Assembly: GCA_965248835.1 (NCBI GenBank)
Contig: CBDFLJ010000002.1
Coordinates: 2,400,001-2,464,000, forward strand
DNA from: Alphaproteobacteria bacterium
GTDB lineage: Bacteria; Pseudomonadota; Alphaproteobacteria; MPNO01
Reading direction: 5' to 3'
Length of the DNA stretch: 64,000 nucleotides
This document shows, piece by piece, positions 38,064 to 47,301 of the stretch (positions are counted from its first letter, which is position 1; each line of letters starts with the position of its first letter). Under the pieces are notes generated by a model. The model searched no databases. It worked only from the letters and a program-made list of their open reading frames with translations, and was not told the origin of the DNA. Both the position numbers and the translations under genes were made by a program.

Positions 38064-38831
38064 CTAATTGAACACGAACCCGCCATTGACCGGCAGGACC
38101 TGGCCGGTGACGAAGCCGGACGCATCGGAGAGGAAATAGAGCACCGTGCCGATGACGTCGTCGGGATATTGCTCGCGGGCGATGGCGCGCCCCTCGACCG
38201 CCTGCCGGTGGCGGTGCCGGGGCATGGTCGCGGTCGCTGGCACGATCGCCAGTCCGGGCGCGATCGCGTTGACGGTGATCGCGTCCGGTCCGAGCTCACG
38301 AGCGAGCGAGCGGGTCATGCCGATGACCGCGGCCTTGGATGTGTTGTAGTGCAGCACGCGCGGCGGGCCCCACAGCGCGGTATCGGATGCGACGTTGAGC
38401 ACCCGCCCCGCAGCGGATTTGCGCAAGTACCGGGCGCATTCCTTCACGGTAAGCCACGAGCCCCGGACGTTGACGTTCATGATCCGGTCCCATTCCTCGA
38501 CCGTGGTCTCCTCGAAGGTCTTGCCGCCGACGCCGTCGGCGAGCGCACCGTTGTTGACCAGCCCGTCGAGGCGGTCGTACATCCGACCGATCGCATCGGC
38601 CATCGCGCGCACCGATCGGGGCTCTGCCAGGTCGAGCGGGACGAAGGTCGCATCGAAGCCGCGCGCGGCCAGGCCGGCCGCCGCCTCCTTGCCCAACGCC
38701 TCACGCAGTTCAGCGATGATCACCCGCGCACCGGCCTCGCAGCAGGCTTCGGCATAGGCGTAGCCCAGACCGCGCCCGGCGCCGGTGATCAGGATGATCT
38801 TTCCTTCGAGGGAGATTACCGGCCGTGCCAT
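38064..38831 (-). CDS. Short-chain dehydrogenase/reductase
   Basis: TGAGRGLG, LVNNG, YNTSK, VTGQ...VNGG. Confidence 0.9.
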   Translation of the reverse strand: MARPVISLEGKIILITGAGRGLGYAYAEACCEAGARVIIAELREALGKEAAAGLAARGFDATFVPLDLAEPRSVRAMADAIGRMYDRLDGLVNNGALADGVGGKTFEETTVEEWDRIMNVNVRGSWLTVKECARYLRKSAAGRVLNVASDTALWGPPRVLHYNTSKAAVIGMTRSLARELGPDAITVNAIAPGLAIVPATATMPRHRHRQAVEGRAIAREQYPDDVIGTVLYFLSDASGFVTGQVLPVNGGFVFN

Positions 38832-38926
38832 CGACCTCACCAGAAGCGGTCAATTGATGTGCTACAAGAGCCGGCCGATCCTACTTGCCGAGGACACCGG
38901 CGCCAATCGTGCGGGAGGGCCGAGCG

Positions 38927-39223
38927 ATGCTGTTTCTGATCGTCAATATCGACAAGCCGGGCCGCAACGACCTGCGGCTGGCCAACCGGCCGGCGCAGCA
39001 CGACTACATCGAGCGCTTTCGCGAACGCATAAAGTTCGCCGGCCCGACCACCACCGAGGACGGCGGCATGTCGACCGGCAACATGTTCGTTTTCGAGGCC
39101 GACAGCTATGACGAGGTGCTCGCGTTCACCCGGGGCGACCCCTATCTCAAGGCCGGGCTGTTCGACACCACCCTGATCCGGCCGTGGAACTGGACCTTCA
39201 ACCGGCCCGGCCTGGATATCTAG
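38927..39223 (+). CDS. YciI-family protein
   Basis: DKPG...LR...RP, AGP, DPY.KAGLF. Confidence 0.8.
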   Translation: MLFLIVNIDKPGRNDLRLANRPAQHDYIERFRERIKFAGPTTTEDGGMSTGNMFVFEADSYDEVLAFTRGDPYLKAGLFDTTLIRPWNWTFNRPGLDI

Positions 39224-39241
39224 AGTGCGTCCGGAACGGCC

Positions 39242-39649
39242 CTAGCCGGCCTTGTCCGCGTCCCAGTGCATGGCCTCGATCTTGTGGCCGTCGGGATCGC
39301 GCACGAAGCAGCCGTAATAGGCCTGGTTGTAGATCGGCCGATAGCCGGGCGGACCGTCATCGACCGCGCCTGTTGCGATCGCCGCGCGGTGAAAGGCATC
39401 GACCGCATCGATCGAGGGCGCGAGGAAGCAGATATGCGCGCCGTTGGCCGTCGTCGCCTGGTTTCCGTCGATCGGCGTCTGGACCCAGAATTCCGGGAGC
39501 GTCTTGCCGTATGCGACCGCCTCGCCGTGCTCCATGATGCGCCGGCATCCGAGCGCGCTCAGCACGGTGTCGTAGAACGCGCAGGTGCGCGCGAAATCGT
39601 TGGTCCCGATCGAGACATGGGACATGATACGCGGGTTGTCCTTGCTCAT
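39242..39649 (-). CDS. VOC/glyoxalase family protein
   Basis: MSHVSIGTND, FYD.VL, VDAFH.AA, DDG.PG.RP.Y, FVRDPDG.KIE. Confidence 0.85.
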   Translation of the reverse strand: MSKDNPRIMSHVSIGTNDFARTCAFYDTVLSALGCRRIMEHGEAVAYGKTLPEFWVQTPIDGNQATTANGAHICFLAPSIDAVDAFHRAAIATGAVDDGPPGYRPIYNQAYYGCFVRDPDGHKIEAMHWDADKAG

Positions 39650-39719
39650 TCCTTCCCCCTGGTGACGGGCCGCGGTGTGGCAGGCGAACAATAGACCGGA
39701 ACCGTGGAGACCTGCAGCC

Positions 39720-40499
39720 ATGCCCATGATCGACGCCAACGGCGAGACCCTCCACCACATCACCGAGGGCGCGGGTCCGGCGGTTCTGTTGATCCATTCC
39801 ATGGGGGCGGACGTGCGCATGTGGCGCGATCAGATCGCGGCGCTGTCGGACCGCTACAGGTGCATCGCCTTCGACTGCCGCGGCCATGGCGGGTCGACCT
39901 ACAACGCCCGCTACACGGTCCCCGGCGTTGCCGCCGATCTGAAGGCCGGGCTCGACGGGCTGGGCGTGGAGTCCTGCCACGTCATCGGGCTCGCCATGGG
40001 CGGGCCGATCGCGGTCTCGTTCGCGGCCCAATGGCCGGGCGCGGTGCGTTCGATCGTCATCGCCGACGGGTTCGTCGACATGCGCGAGGCGGGCGGTGCG
40101 CGGATCCCCGACTGGTCGAACACCATCCGCTCCACCCCGATGGCCGAATTCGGCGAGACCTACGCCAGGATGCGGTTGCTGCCGTGTGCGTCGGACACCG
40201 CGCGGCGCGAACTCGCCGAGGCGATCGCCAAGGTGCCGCCCGAAGCCTATATCGACGTGATGAAGGCTATCTTCGACACCGCGTTTACCGACGAACTCGC
40301 CCGGGTCCGCGCCCCGGCCCTGGTGATCTGGGGCGAAGAGGACGACGTCACCCCGCTGCCCCATTCCCGGCAGATCGCCCAGGGCATCCCCGGCGCGCGG
40401 CTGGAGACGATCCCGGGCGCCGCGCACATCGCCAATCTCGACCAGCCCGAGGCGTTCAACCGTCTGCTCGCCGGCTTCCTCGACGCCCAGCCGAAATAA
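39720..40499 (+). CDS. Alpha/beta hydrolase-fold protein (PcaD/enol-lactonase-like)
   Basis: LLIHS.G, FDCRGHG.S, G-L-A-M-G elbow, GEED..TP, AAH..N...P..FN. Confidence 0.8.
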   Translation: MPMIDANGETLHHITEGAGPAVLLIHSMGADVRMWRDQIAALSDRYRCIAFDCRGHGGSTYNARYTVPGVAADLKAGLDGLGVESCHVIGLAMGGPIAVSFAAQWPGAVRSIVIADGFVDMREAGGARIPDWSNTIRSTPMAEFGETYARMRLLPCASDTARRELAEAIAKVPPEAYIDVMKAIFDTAFTDELARVRAPALVIWGEEDDVTPLPHSRQIAQGIPGARLETIPGAAHIANLDQPEAFNRLLAGFLDAQPK

Positions 40500-40518
40500 G
40501 CCCGCCGGCGGCCGCCCG

Positions 40519-41541
40519 CTACCCGGCCTGCTCGGCCGCGATCCGCTCTTCGAGCAGGCGGCGGCTCTGGAGCGTGGCATTGTCGACGTTGATGTCGATC
40601 AGCACGGTGTCGCCGCCCATCGACTCCAGGCTCTTGTGCTGGGCGCTGATCGCGACGACGTCCTGCATCAGCGCCTTGGTGAACATCGCGCGCAATTGTT
40701 CGGTGAACGCCGCGTCATCCAGCCTGAAGTTCCGCGCGTGGTGCCAGAAATAGTGCGTGGAGGTCGCCGATTCCGGGGTGAGCGTGTGGTTGGAGTAGAC
40801 TTCGGCGCCCCGGCTCCGGTCGCCCTCGCGCGCACCGCTGCCGGCGATCGCGCTGCCGGCATCGATCACGATGTGGCAGGGCGGGGTGTAGCTGATGTTC
40901 TGCCAGCGGTCGACATTGGCGTTGGTGCCCAGCGCGTGGGCGTAGAACGGCGACGGCGGGGTGTCCATCACCCAGCGGCTGGCATGAATCCTGTCCGCGC
41001 CGCGCCGCGCCGAGATCTCGGCATCCTGATCGCCCGCCGCGCCCAACGTGTCGGCGTGCAGGAACTGGATGTGCGACAGGTCGACGAGGTTGTCGACCAT
41101 CAGCCGGTAGTCGCCGGCGACATGGTAGACGCCGCCGTAGGCCGTCCATTCGGGATCGTCGTTCCAGTGGTAGTCGGGGATGAGGTCGGGATCGGCCCGG
41201 TCCGGCGCGCCCATCCAGATCCACACCCAGCGCCAGCGCTCGACCACCGGATAGGCCCGCACCCCGGCACCGGGCGGGATCGCGGTCTGGCCGGGCACCC
41301 GGACACAGCGGCCGTCGAAGGCGAACTCCAGCCCGTGATAGCCGCATTGCAGGCTGGTTTCGAGCAGCTTGCCCTCGGACAACGGCAGCGAGCGGTGACA
41401 ACACCGGTCCTGGAGGCCGTAGGCCCGGCCGTCGGCGGCCCGGAACAGCACCACCGGCTCGTCCAGTATGGTCCGCGCAACGAAACCGTCGGAGAGCTCG
41501 TGATCCCAGGCCGCGACATACCAGCAGTTGCGCATGAACAT
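40519..41541 (-). CDS. VanA-like Rieske oxygenase (O/N-demethylase type)
   Basis: RNCWYVAAW, CCHR...CGYHG, DNL.DLSH..FLH, QD. Confidence 0.85.
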   Translation of the reverse strand: MFMRNCWYVAAWDHELSDGFVARTILDEPVVLFRAADGRAYGLQDRCCHRSLPLSEGKLLETSLQCGYHGLEFAFDGRCVRVPGQTAIPPGAGVRAYPVVERWRWVWIWMGAPDRADPDLIPDYHWNDDPEWTAYGGVYHVAGDYRLMVDNLVDLSHIQFLHADTLGAAGDQDAEISARRGADRIHASRWVMDTPPSPFYAHALGTNANVDRWQNISYTPPCHIVIDAGSAIAGSGAREGDRSRGAEVYSNHTLTPESATSTHYFWHHARNFRLDDAAFTEQLRAMFTKALMQDVVAISAQHKSLESMGGDTVLIDINVDNATLQSRRLLEERIAAEQAG

Positions 41542-41765
41542 CGGCCTGATCCTTCCTATGTGCGGCAGAGCGGGCGGTGCTCCGGCGGTCTTCCGAATCT
41601 AAAGCCTAAACCCCGCCGGTTTTCAACCAATTCAACCAATTCAGCCGACGAACCGACCCTTGCCCGGACGGCCCACCGGGACGCCGCGCCGGCTGGCCCG
41701 CCTGCCGCCGAAATTGCTATCCTGTGCCGCGATCATACCGGAAAAGCGACAAGAGGGCGGGACAG

Positions 41766-43397
41766 ATGGCCGAGGGCTCGGTGAAATACGACTACGTGAT
41801 CGTCGGCGCCGGCTCGGCCGGCTGCGTGCTCGCCAACCGGCTGAGCGCCAGCGGCGCGAGCGTCCTGGTGCTCGAGGCCGGCGGACCCGACAAGAGCTGG
41901 CTGATCCATGTCCCGCTCGGCGTCGGCAAGGTCTGGCATTCGCCGGACTTCAACTGGTCATACACCTCCGATCCCGAGCCCAATCTCGACGGCAGGGAGA
42001 TATTCCATCCGCGCGGCAAGGTCCTCGGCGGATCGTCCTCGATCAACATGATGGCCTATGTCCGCGGTCACCGCGGCGACTTCGATCGCTGGCGCCAGAA
42101 GGGGCTTGACGGCTGGTCCTACGCGGACGTGCTGCCCTATTTCCGCCGCGCGGAGAGCTTCGAGGACCCGACCAACCCGTTCCACGGCACCGACGGACCG
42201 CTAAGCATCGAGACCAGCAGGATCGACGACCCGCTGATCGACGCCTTTCTCGAAGCGGCGGTCACGGCGGGCTACGAGACGACCCCGGACTATAACGGCG
42301 CCAGGCAGGAGGGCTTTGCCAGGCTGCAGAGCAACATCAGGAACGGCAAGCGCTGCAGCGCCGCGGTGGCCTACCTCCATCCCGCGGTCGCCGGCGGCCG
42401 GGTGCGGGTGGAGACCGGCGCGCTGGCGACCGGTGTGGTGCTCGAGGGCGGCCGGGCCACCGGCGTGCGCTACATCAAGAACGGACGCGGCCAGACGGCA
42501 AGCGCGGGGACGGAAGTGATCCTCTCCGGCGGGGCGATCAACTCGCCCCAGATCCTGATGCTCTCGGGCATCGGGCCGGCCGGGCATCTGGCCGAGCACG
42601 GCATCGAGACCACGCTCGACCGCCAGGGCGTCGGCGGCAACCTGCAGGATCACCCGGCGATCGGAGCCGAGTACGGCTATGCCGTCCCCTCGCGCTTCCA
42701 CCGCACGCTGCGGCTCGACCGGCTGGCGTTCAACATGATCCGCGCCCATCTGTTCGGCACCGGCCCGGCGGCGGTCGCACCGTCAGCGGCGACCGCCTTC
42801 GTGCGCAGCCGGCCGGAGATCGAACTGCCCGACATCCAGCTCTTCTTCCGGCCGGCCTCCTACAATGCGCGGGAATGGTTCCCCGTCCTCATGCCGCCGA
42901 CACCGGAGATCTTCGCCTTCCGCGCCTGCCACCTGCGCCCCGAAAGCCGCGGGACGATCCGGCTCCGCTCGGCCGACCCGACGGCCAAGGTGCGCATCCG
43001 CAACGATTTCCTGTCGACCGAGACCGACCGGCGCGCGCTCAGGGACGCCGTCCGCCTGATTCGGACGCTCGCCTTCCAGCCGGCATTGGAGCCCTACCGA
43101 GGCCCGGAGTGCCTCCCCGGCGCCGCGGTCGAGACCGACGATCAGATCGATGAATTCGTGCGCCAGAACCTCAGCACGGTCTACCACCCGATCGGCACCT
43201 GCCGGATGGGGAACGACGAGGACTCGATCGTCGATCCGGAACTCCGGGTCCGAGGCATCGACAATTTGCGGGTGGTCGATGCCTCGGTGATGCCCGATCT
43301 CGTCGGCGGCAATATCAACGCGGTGGTGATCATGATCGCCGAGAAGGCCGCCGACGCCATCCTCGGCAACCCGCCGCTGCCCCGGGCCGAGGTCTGA
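41766..43397 (+). CDS. GMC-family oxidoreductase (choline dehydrogenase-like)
   Basis: [60 protein letters not shown]. Confidence 0.9.
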   Translation: MAEGSVKYDYVIVGAGSAGCVLANRLSASGASVLVLEAGGPDKSWLIHVPLGVGKVWHSPDFNWSYTSDPEPNLDGREIFHPRGKVLGGSSSINMMAYVRGHRGDFDRWRQKGLDGWSYADVLPYFRRAESFEDPTNPFHGTDGPLSIETSRIDDPLIDAFLEAAVTAGYETTPDYNGARQEGFARLQSNIRNGKRCSAAVAYLHPAVAGGRVRVETGALATGVVLEGGRATGVRYIKNGRGQTASAGTEVILSGGAINSPQILMLSGIGPAGHLAEHGIETTLDRQGVGGNLQDHPAIGAEYGYAVPSRFHRTLRLDRLAFNMIRAHLFGTGPAAVAPSAATAFVRSRPEIELPDIQLFFRPASYNAREWFPVLMPPTPEIFAFRACHLRPESRGTIRLRSADPTAKVRIRNDFLSTETDRRALRDAVRLIRTLAFQPALEPYRGPECLPGAAVETDDQIDEFVRQNLSTVYHPIGTCRMGNDEDSIVDPELRVRGIDNLRVVDASVMPDLVGGNINAVVIMIAEKAADAILGNPPLPRAEV

Positions 43398-43434
43398 GGC
43401 GGGCCGGACCGACCCGATCCGGTCGGAACTAACT

Positions 43435-44484
43435 CTATTCTATCGCCTTCATCTTCTCTGCGGCGGCTGCGCGGGTCTCCACCGCCGCTTTCTTGATGAG
43501 CTCGTACATCTCGCGGATCTCGGGGTCGCTGCCCAGGACCTTGTCGCCCAGCGGCCGGGCGCGGCGGAAGAACTCCTTGCGGTCGGCCTCGGACAGCTCG
43601 ATGACCGTTCCGCCCTCCTTGGTCCACTGCTTCTCCCAATGCCGGGTGATCTCGATCGCCACCTCGACGGTCCGATCGGTCAGATTCCGGCTTTCCTCCA
43701 ACACCGCGGCGCGCAGGTCCGCGGGCAGCTTCTGCAGGAATTTCAGATTGGTGAACGCGCCGACCGGGACGTAGCCGCCCTTGGTCTTGGTGAGATACTT
43801 GGCGACGGTGAAGAACTTGGAGGGCCCCATGACGATCACCGCGCTGCGCGCGCCATCGACAATCCGTTGCTGGATCGACGGGATGACCTGGGAATAGGGG
43901 ATCGGCACGCCTGCGGCGCCGAAGACCTTCATCAGCTCGACCTCGATGTTGGTGGCCAGCACCCGGAGCTTCTTGCCTTCCAAGTCCTTGAGCGTGCGGA
44001 TCGGATCGCGCGATGCGATCGCGCTCTCGCCGGCGGCCCAGATATAGGTCGCAACGAACCCGGCCTGCTCGCCGAGCCTGCTGAACTTGTCGCGCACCGT
44101 GGGGTGGTTCATCGTCAGATGCTGGTGCCAGTGCGATTCGAACATTCCCGGCGCGTCCGGTGCGGCAAAGGCCCGGTTCACGCCCTGGAAGAACCCGGGC
44201 GGGGTGTAGAACATCTCCTGGGTGCCGAGCTGCAGACCCTCGAGCTGACGCGGGATGGTGCCGAGCTGGGCGGCGGGAAAGATGCTGACCTTGATGCGGC
44301 CGTTGGTGCGCTTCTCCAAGGCTTCCTTGAGCCATTTCGAGGAAACGTGGTTGGAGTCGTTGATCGTCACGAAGCCGATCTTCAACGCGTAGGTCTTCTC
44401 CGATGCGGCCGCACCGGCGGCACAGGCCATCACGCACGCAGCGGCAAGCGAAGCACCGATACCAAGGCGTTTATCCTTCATCAT
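43435..44484 (-). CDS. TRAP transporter substrate-binding protein DctP (stand-alone)
   Basis: Signal peptide, RBS AGGAGG; RTNGRIKV.IFP..QLG, DL.GKKLR, VDG. Confidence 0.85.
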   Translation of the reverse strand: MMKDKRLGIGASLAAACVMACAAGAAASEKTYALKIGFVTINDSNHVSSKWLKEALEKRTNGRIKVSIFPAAQLGTIPRQLEGLQLGTQEMFYTPPGFFQGVNRAFAAPDAPGMFESHWHQHLTMNHPTVRDKFSRLGEQAGFVATYIWAAGESAIASRDPIRTLKDLEGKKLRVLATNIEVELMKVFGAAGVPIPYSQVIPSIQQRIVDGARSAVIVMGPSKFFTVAKYLTKTKGGYVPVGAFTNLKFLQKLPADLRAAVLEESRNLTDRTVEVAIEITRHWEKQWTKEGGTVIELSEADRKEFFRRARPLGDKVLGSDPEIREMYELIKKAAVETRAAAAEKMKAIE

Positions 44485-44581
44485 CGAACTGCCTCCTGAT
44501 TTGCCGATCCCGATCATCGGCCACCCGCAGAGCCTAATGATGATCCCGGCCTCGAATCAATAGGCTGACCGCGCGCCTGCA

Positions 44582-44600
44582 CAACCACCGAGACCGACAT
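44582..44600. repeat. Left copy of 19-bp imperfect direct repeat (att-like)
   Basis: CAACCACCGAGACCGACAT vs CAACCATCGAGACCGACAT at 47180-47198 (18/19 identical). Confidence 0.55.
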
Positions 44601-44610
44601 ATCGGTCGAG

Positions 44611-44885
44611 CAGGTGCCGGCGACGTTGAGGTGAATGTCCGGGAGGTCGGCGGGTAGGTGTGCGAGGCGTTCCTTGATCTCGTCCTGTTCCGCTTCCAGC
44701 TCGCGGAGCCGGTCCATCATGCCTCGGACTTAGCGGCCGTCACGATCGCCGCGATGATCCCTTGATCTTCTTCTCGACGCAGGCAAGCTCCCTGCGATCC
44801 GTTTCCCCGGAGGAACGCCACTCGCGGTTGAGCCGGTGGATCTCCTCCGCATAGCCGCGTATCACCTCGGCGGCGGCCTCGCTCC
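44611..44885 (-). pseudogene. Large serine recombinase C-terminal coiled-coil remnant
   Basis: Minus-strand EVIRGYAEEIHRLNRE...RELA.VEKKI (frameshift) MMDRLRELEAEQDEIKERLA..P.DLPDIH.NVA. Confidence 0.6.
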
Positions 44886-44925
44886 TGGATAGTTGCGACG
44901 CCATGTGACGCGGCGAAAATTCCTG

Positions 44926-45336
44926 CTATGCGCCCCCATGCAGCGTGATCGCCAAAGGATGATCGACAAGCCGGCGGTCGGCGGTGAGAAGTTTGAGACC
45001 TTCTTCCTGAGCCTGAACGAGGAGGAGTTCGTCGAACGGATCCTTGTGATCCAGTGGCATCTCGAGCGCCCGCGCGGCGTGACCTGCGGTCATCGGCAGG
45101 AAAGTCACGTCCTGCCCTTCCAGGACGGCGATCACGTCATTCGGATCGAAGGGGCTCTTTCGCTTGCCCGAAGGACGGCGGGCGCGATGTTTCAGCCGCA
45201 TCTCCCAGATCGACACGGCGCTTACATGGAGCCGCGCCTCGCGCCCGGCGAAGAACCGGCGCTCGGCATCGAAGAGTTTTCCCGGCGCCTCCATAAGGTC
45301 GTAGAGATAGGACGTATCGAGTAGAACACGCACCAC
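44926..45336 (-). CDS. vapC: PIN-domain toxin (VapC-like)
   Basis: RVLLDTS, SAVSIWEM.LK, HKDPFD.LL..QA..EG..LLT.D. Confidence 0.8.
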   Translation of the reverse strand: MVRVLLDTSYLYDLMEAPGKLFDAERRFFAGREARLHVSAVSIWEMRLKHRARRPSGKRKSPFDPNDVIAVLEGQDVTFLPMTAGHAARALEMPLDHKDPFDELLLVQAQEEGLKLLTADRRLVDHPLAITLHGGA

Positions 45337-45344
45337 ATGCCCGC

Positions 45345-45605
45345 CTATTCGTCGTCGAGCCCGAGCACATGCCGGCTGAAGGCGGGATCGTCGAATTCCT
45401 CCGGCCACCTCTCCCTGTCCCCTTCGATGCCGAGGCGCCGACGCGTCGCTTCCAGCTTGTCGAAGTCGATCCCGCCGCGCCTGTCGCAGCGCACGAGTTC
45501 GACGGCCGGTTGGCCGTGTTTCGTGATGATAACGCGCTCGCCATTCCGCGCGGCGGCGACGAGTTCGGAGAGGCGCGCTTTCGCCTCGCGCAAGGCAAGT
45601 TCCAT
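45345..45605 (-). CDS. Phd/YefM-family antitoxin
   Basis: LREAKARLSELV..A..GE.V.ITKHG.P..EL; directly upstream of the PIN toxin. Confidence 0.85.
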   Translation of the reverse strand: MELALREAKARLSELVAAARNGERVIITKHGQPAVELVRCDRRGGIDFDKLEATRRRLGIEGDRERWPEEFDDPAFSRHVLGLDDE

Positions 45606-45647
45606 GACGGACCGCTCCTGAAGGACGTTTCGTTTGCGCACTATGCG

Positions 45648-46109
45648 TCAATGCACATCCCAATTCAAGACCACATCGTGACCACAATATTCGACCGCCG
45701 TTTGTCGGCCCTGGCGGACGCGTGTCGCCAATTGACGGTGCTTGCGCATGGCCTTAGGTGATGAACAAGGCTGTCTTATCCGTAGTTCGGCACGGTTGGG
45801 GGCCGGGTTCTCTATTTTGCCCTGCTCTTCCGCCCAGGCCTGATAGGCGAGGTAGAACAAGTCTTCATAGTTGGCCTGCCTCTCGGTTTTTGTCGAATGA
45901 TATCGTTCCGCTTCCACATGAATGCGTCGTGCCATGCGATTGACGAGCAGAGATTCCTCGCCCGACGGTTCGGCGCCGTCAACGATGTAACTCGAATCGG
46001 TATGTCTCCGGACTCCATCGCCGGACAAAACCAAGTCGGTCAGACATCGGGTCGACGGAAATCCGGCCGGCAACGACGAACCGGCCCCCAACAAGATCGC
46101 GGTTTTCAT
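45648..46109 (-). pseudogene. SIR2-like domain N-terminal fragment (truncated)
   Basis: MKTAILLGAGSS.PAGFP...LT and N.EDL motifs; similarity lost after about 100 aa; atypical lower-GC codons. Confidence 0.55.
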
Positions 46110-46131
46110 GCGCGGGATCTGTTGCTGCCGC

Positions 46132-46506
46132 TCAGCCGGCAACCGCTCCTGGATCGACCTTGATAAGCGATTCCGCCGGGATGCCCAGCCCCCGGTGCAA
46201 CCGCCAGATCATCTTCAGGCTCAGCGGGCGCCTCCGGTTGAGTATTTCATAAACACGGCTGCGGCTGCCGATATAGGGCACCAGATCCTTAGGCGCCAGC
46301 GCGTTCTGCTCCATGTGGTAGCGGATCGCGGCGACCGGGTCCGGCAGGTCGAGCGGATAGTGTCTGGCCTCCCAGGCCTCGACGAGCGTGACCAGGACAT
46401 CGAGACGGTCGCCCTCCGGCGTGTTGCGCTTTGCCGTCATCAGGTCCTCGATCTCCTTCAACGCGCGTTGATGATCCCGTTTGGTCTTGATCGGTGCAAT
46501 GTCCAT
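46132..46506 (-). CDS. higA: HigA-type antitoxin (HTH)
   Basis: I.PIKT..D...AL, EGDRLDVL.TLVEAWE, PDPV.AI...MEQ, IGSR.RV.EILN.RR.LSL.MI..LH..LGIPAESL. Confidence 0.85.
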   Translation of the reverse strand: MDIAPIKTKRDHQRALKEIEDLMTAKRNTPEGDRLDVLVTLVEAWEARHYPLDLPDPVAAIRYHMEQNALAPKDLVPYIGSRSRVYEILNRRRPLSLKMIWRLHRGLGIPAESLIKVDPGAVAG

Positions 46507-46516
46507 GGCTCGTTCC

Positions 46517-46819
46517 TCAAATCGTCTGGGCATCGATGGCGTCGTACATAAGGTGGCTGCCGATGAACCGGATGTAGACGACGCGGTAGGGATAGTTGAT
46601 CCACACCACGATGCGGTACTTGTTGCCGGCGATGTTGAACACCGCCCGGCCGTCCTTGAGGATGCCGGCGCTGCGGATGTCCCGTTTGACATCGGCCGGG
46701 CTTGTCCAGTCGGCCGCCTTGACCTGCCGATACCATGACATCACCGGCTCGCTGGCATCCGCGTGAGCGGGCTCGGCGTCGATGAACCGCTTCAGCGTCG
46801 CCAGAGCGATGATCCTCAT
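46517..46819 (-). CDS. higB: HigB-type toxin (RelE superfamily)
   Basis: MRIIA...L..F, W.....A.W..P.D.K, RAVFNIAGNKYR.VV.I.Y....VYIRFIG.H..YD.ID. Confidence 0.9.
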   Translation of the reverse strand: MRIIALATLKRFIDAEPAHADASEPVMSWYRQVKAADWTSPADVKRDIRSAGILKDGRAVFNIAGNKYRIVVWINYPYRVVYIRFIGSHLMYDAIDAQTI

Positions 46820-46826
46820 GGCGAAA

Positions 46827-46879
46827 ACAATAATATGGTCCCATATCGGGATCAAGATCGAATCTCCCGATTTGGGACC
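46827..46879 (-). promoter_or_regulatory. higBA promoter/operator
   Basis: Minus-strand TTGATC-17bp-TATTGT ending 7 nt before the ATG; two inverted TCCCA-N4-GGGA boxes at 46837-46851 and 46865-46879. Confidence 0.6.
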
Positions 46880-46980
46880 TAAGGCACCATGCGTGGGACT
46901 GGCAAACAACCCTATTGCTTGATCGGACACGATCACCGTCGCCTCCGGGCAGTGGTCAAGCGCAAGTCCTCCATAGAAAC

Positions 46981-47121
46981 GGCGAGCCCCCCGGCGCCCT
47001 TGCCCACCGAGGCGCTCGCGGCCATATGCGCGGGGTCGTTCCTGGCGTCGTAGCCGTCCCGCTCGAAATAGCTGACGCCCCGGGCCGGCGAGGCGATCTT
47101 GCCGATCGAGGCGGCCAGCGT
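46981..47121 (-). pseudogene. TrwC/MOBF conjugative relaxase N-terminal remnant
   Basis: Minus-strand ASIGKIASPARGVSYFERDGYDARNDPAHMAASASVGKGAGGL resembles the MOBF N-terminus (YY..D.YY......S.W.G.GA..LG); no start codon. Confidence 0.6.
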
Positions 47122-47179
47122 CGCGCCTAATCAGATCGCGGTTACAAGCAAATGTCGGTCGCGGCCATTACGAGCCCCG

Positions 47180-47198
47180 CAACCATCGAGACCGACAT
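47180..47198. repeat. Right copy of 19-bp imperfect direct repeat (att-like)
   Basis: CAACCATCGAGACCGACAT; also pairs with AATGTCGGTC at 47151-47160 as an inverted repeat. Confidence 0.55.
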
Positions 47199-47301
47199 TC
47201 CGGACGAGGGCGCGCGACCCGCCGTTCGCGCGCGGTTCGCCAAAATGCCGTCGCTGCGCTAGAGATAGGTCCTGGCATTGCCCCATGGATGGGACCGGAT
47301 C

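Noticed and set aside
41766-43397. betA choline dehydrogenase assignment
   Set aside because: GMC motifs are generic and no betB/betI context is present; substrate not assignable
45745-46893. Inverted ACCTAAGGC(AC)CATGCG pair around the SIR2 fragment and higBA
   Set aside because: Short, gapped match with no transposase or target duplication; may be chance
47170-47186. tRNA gene suggested by CCCCGCAACCA
   Set aside because: No T-loop or cloverleaf upstream; better read as an att-like recombinase-end sequence
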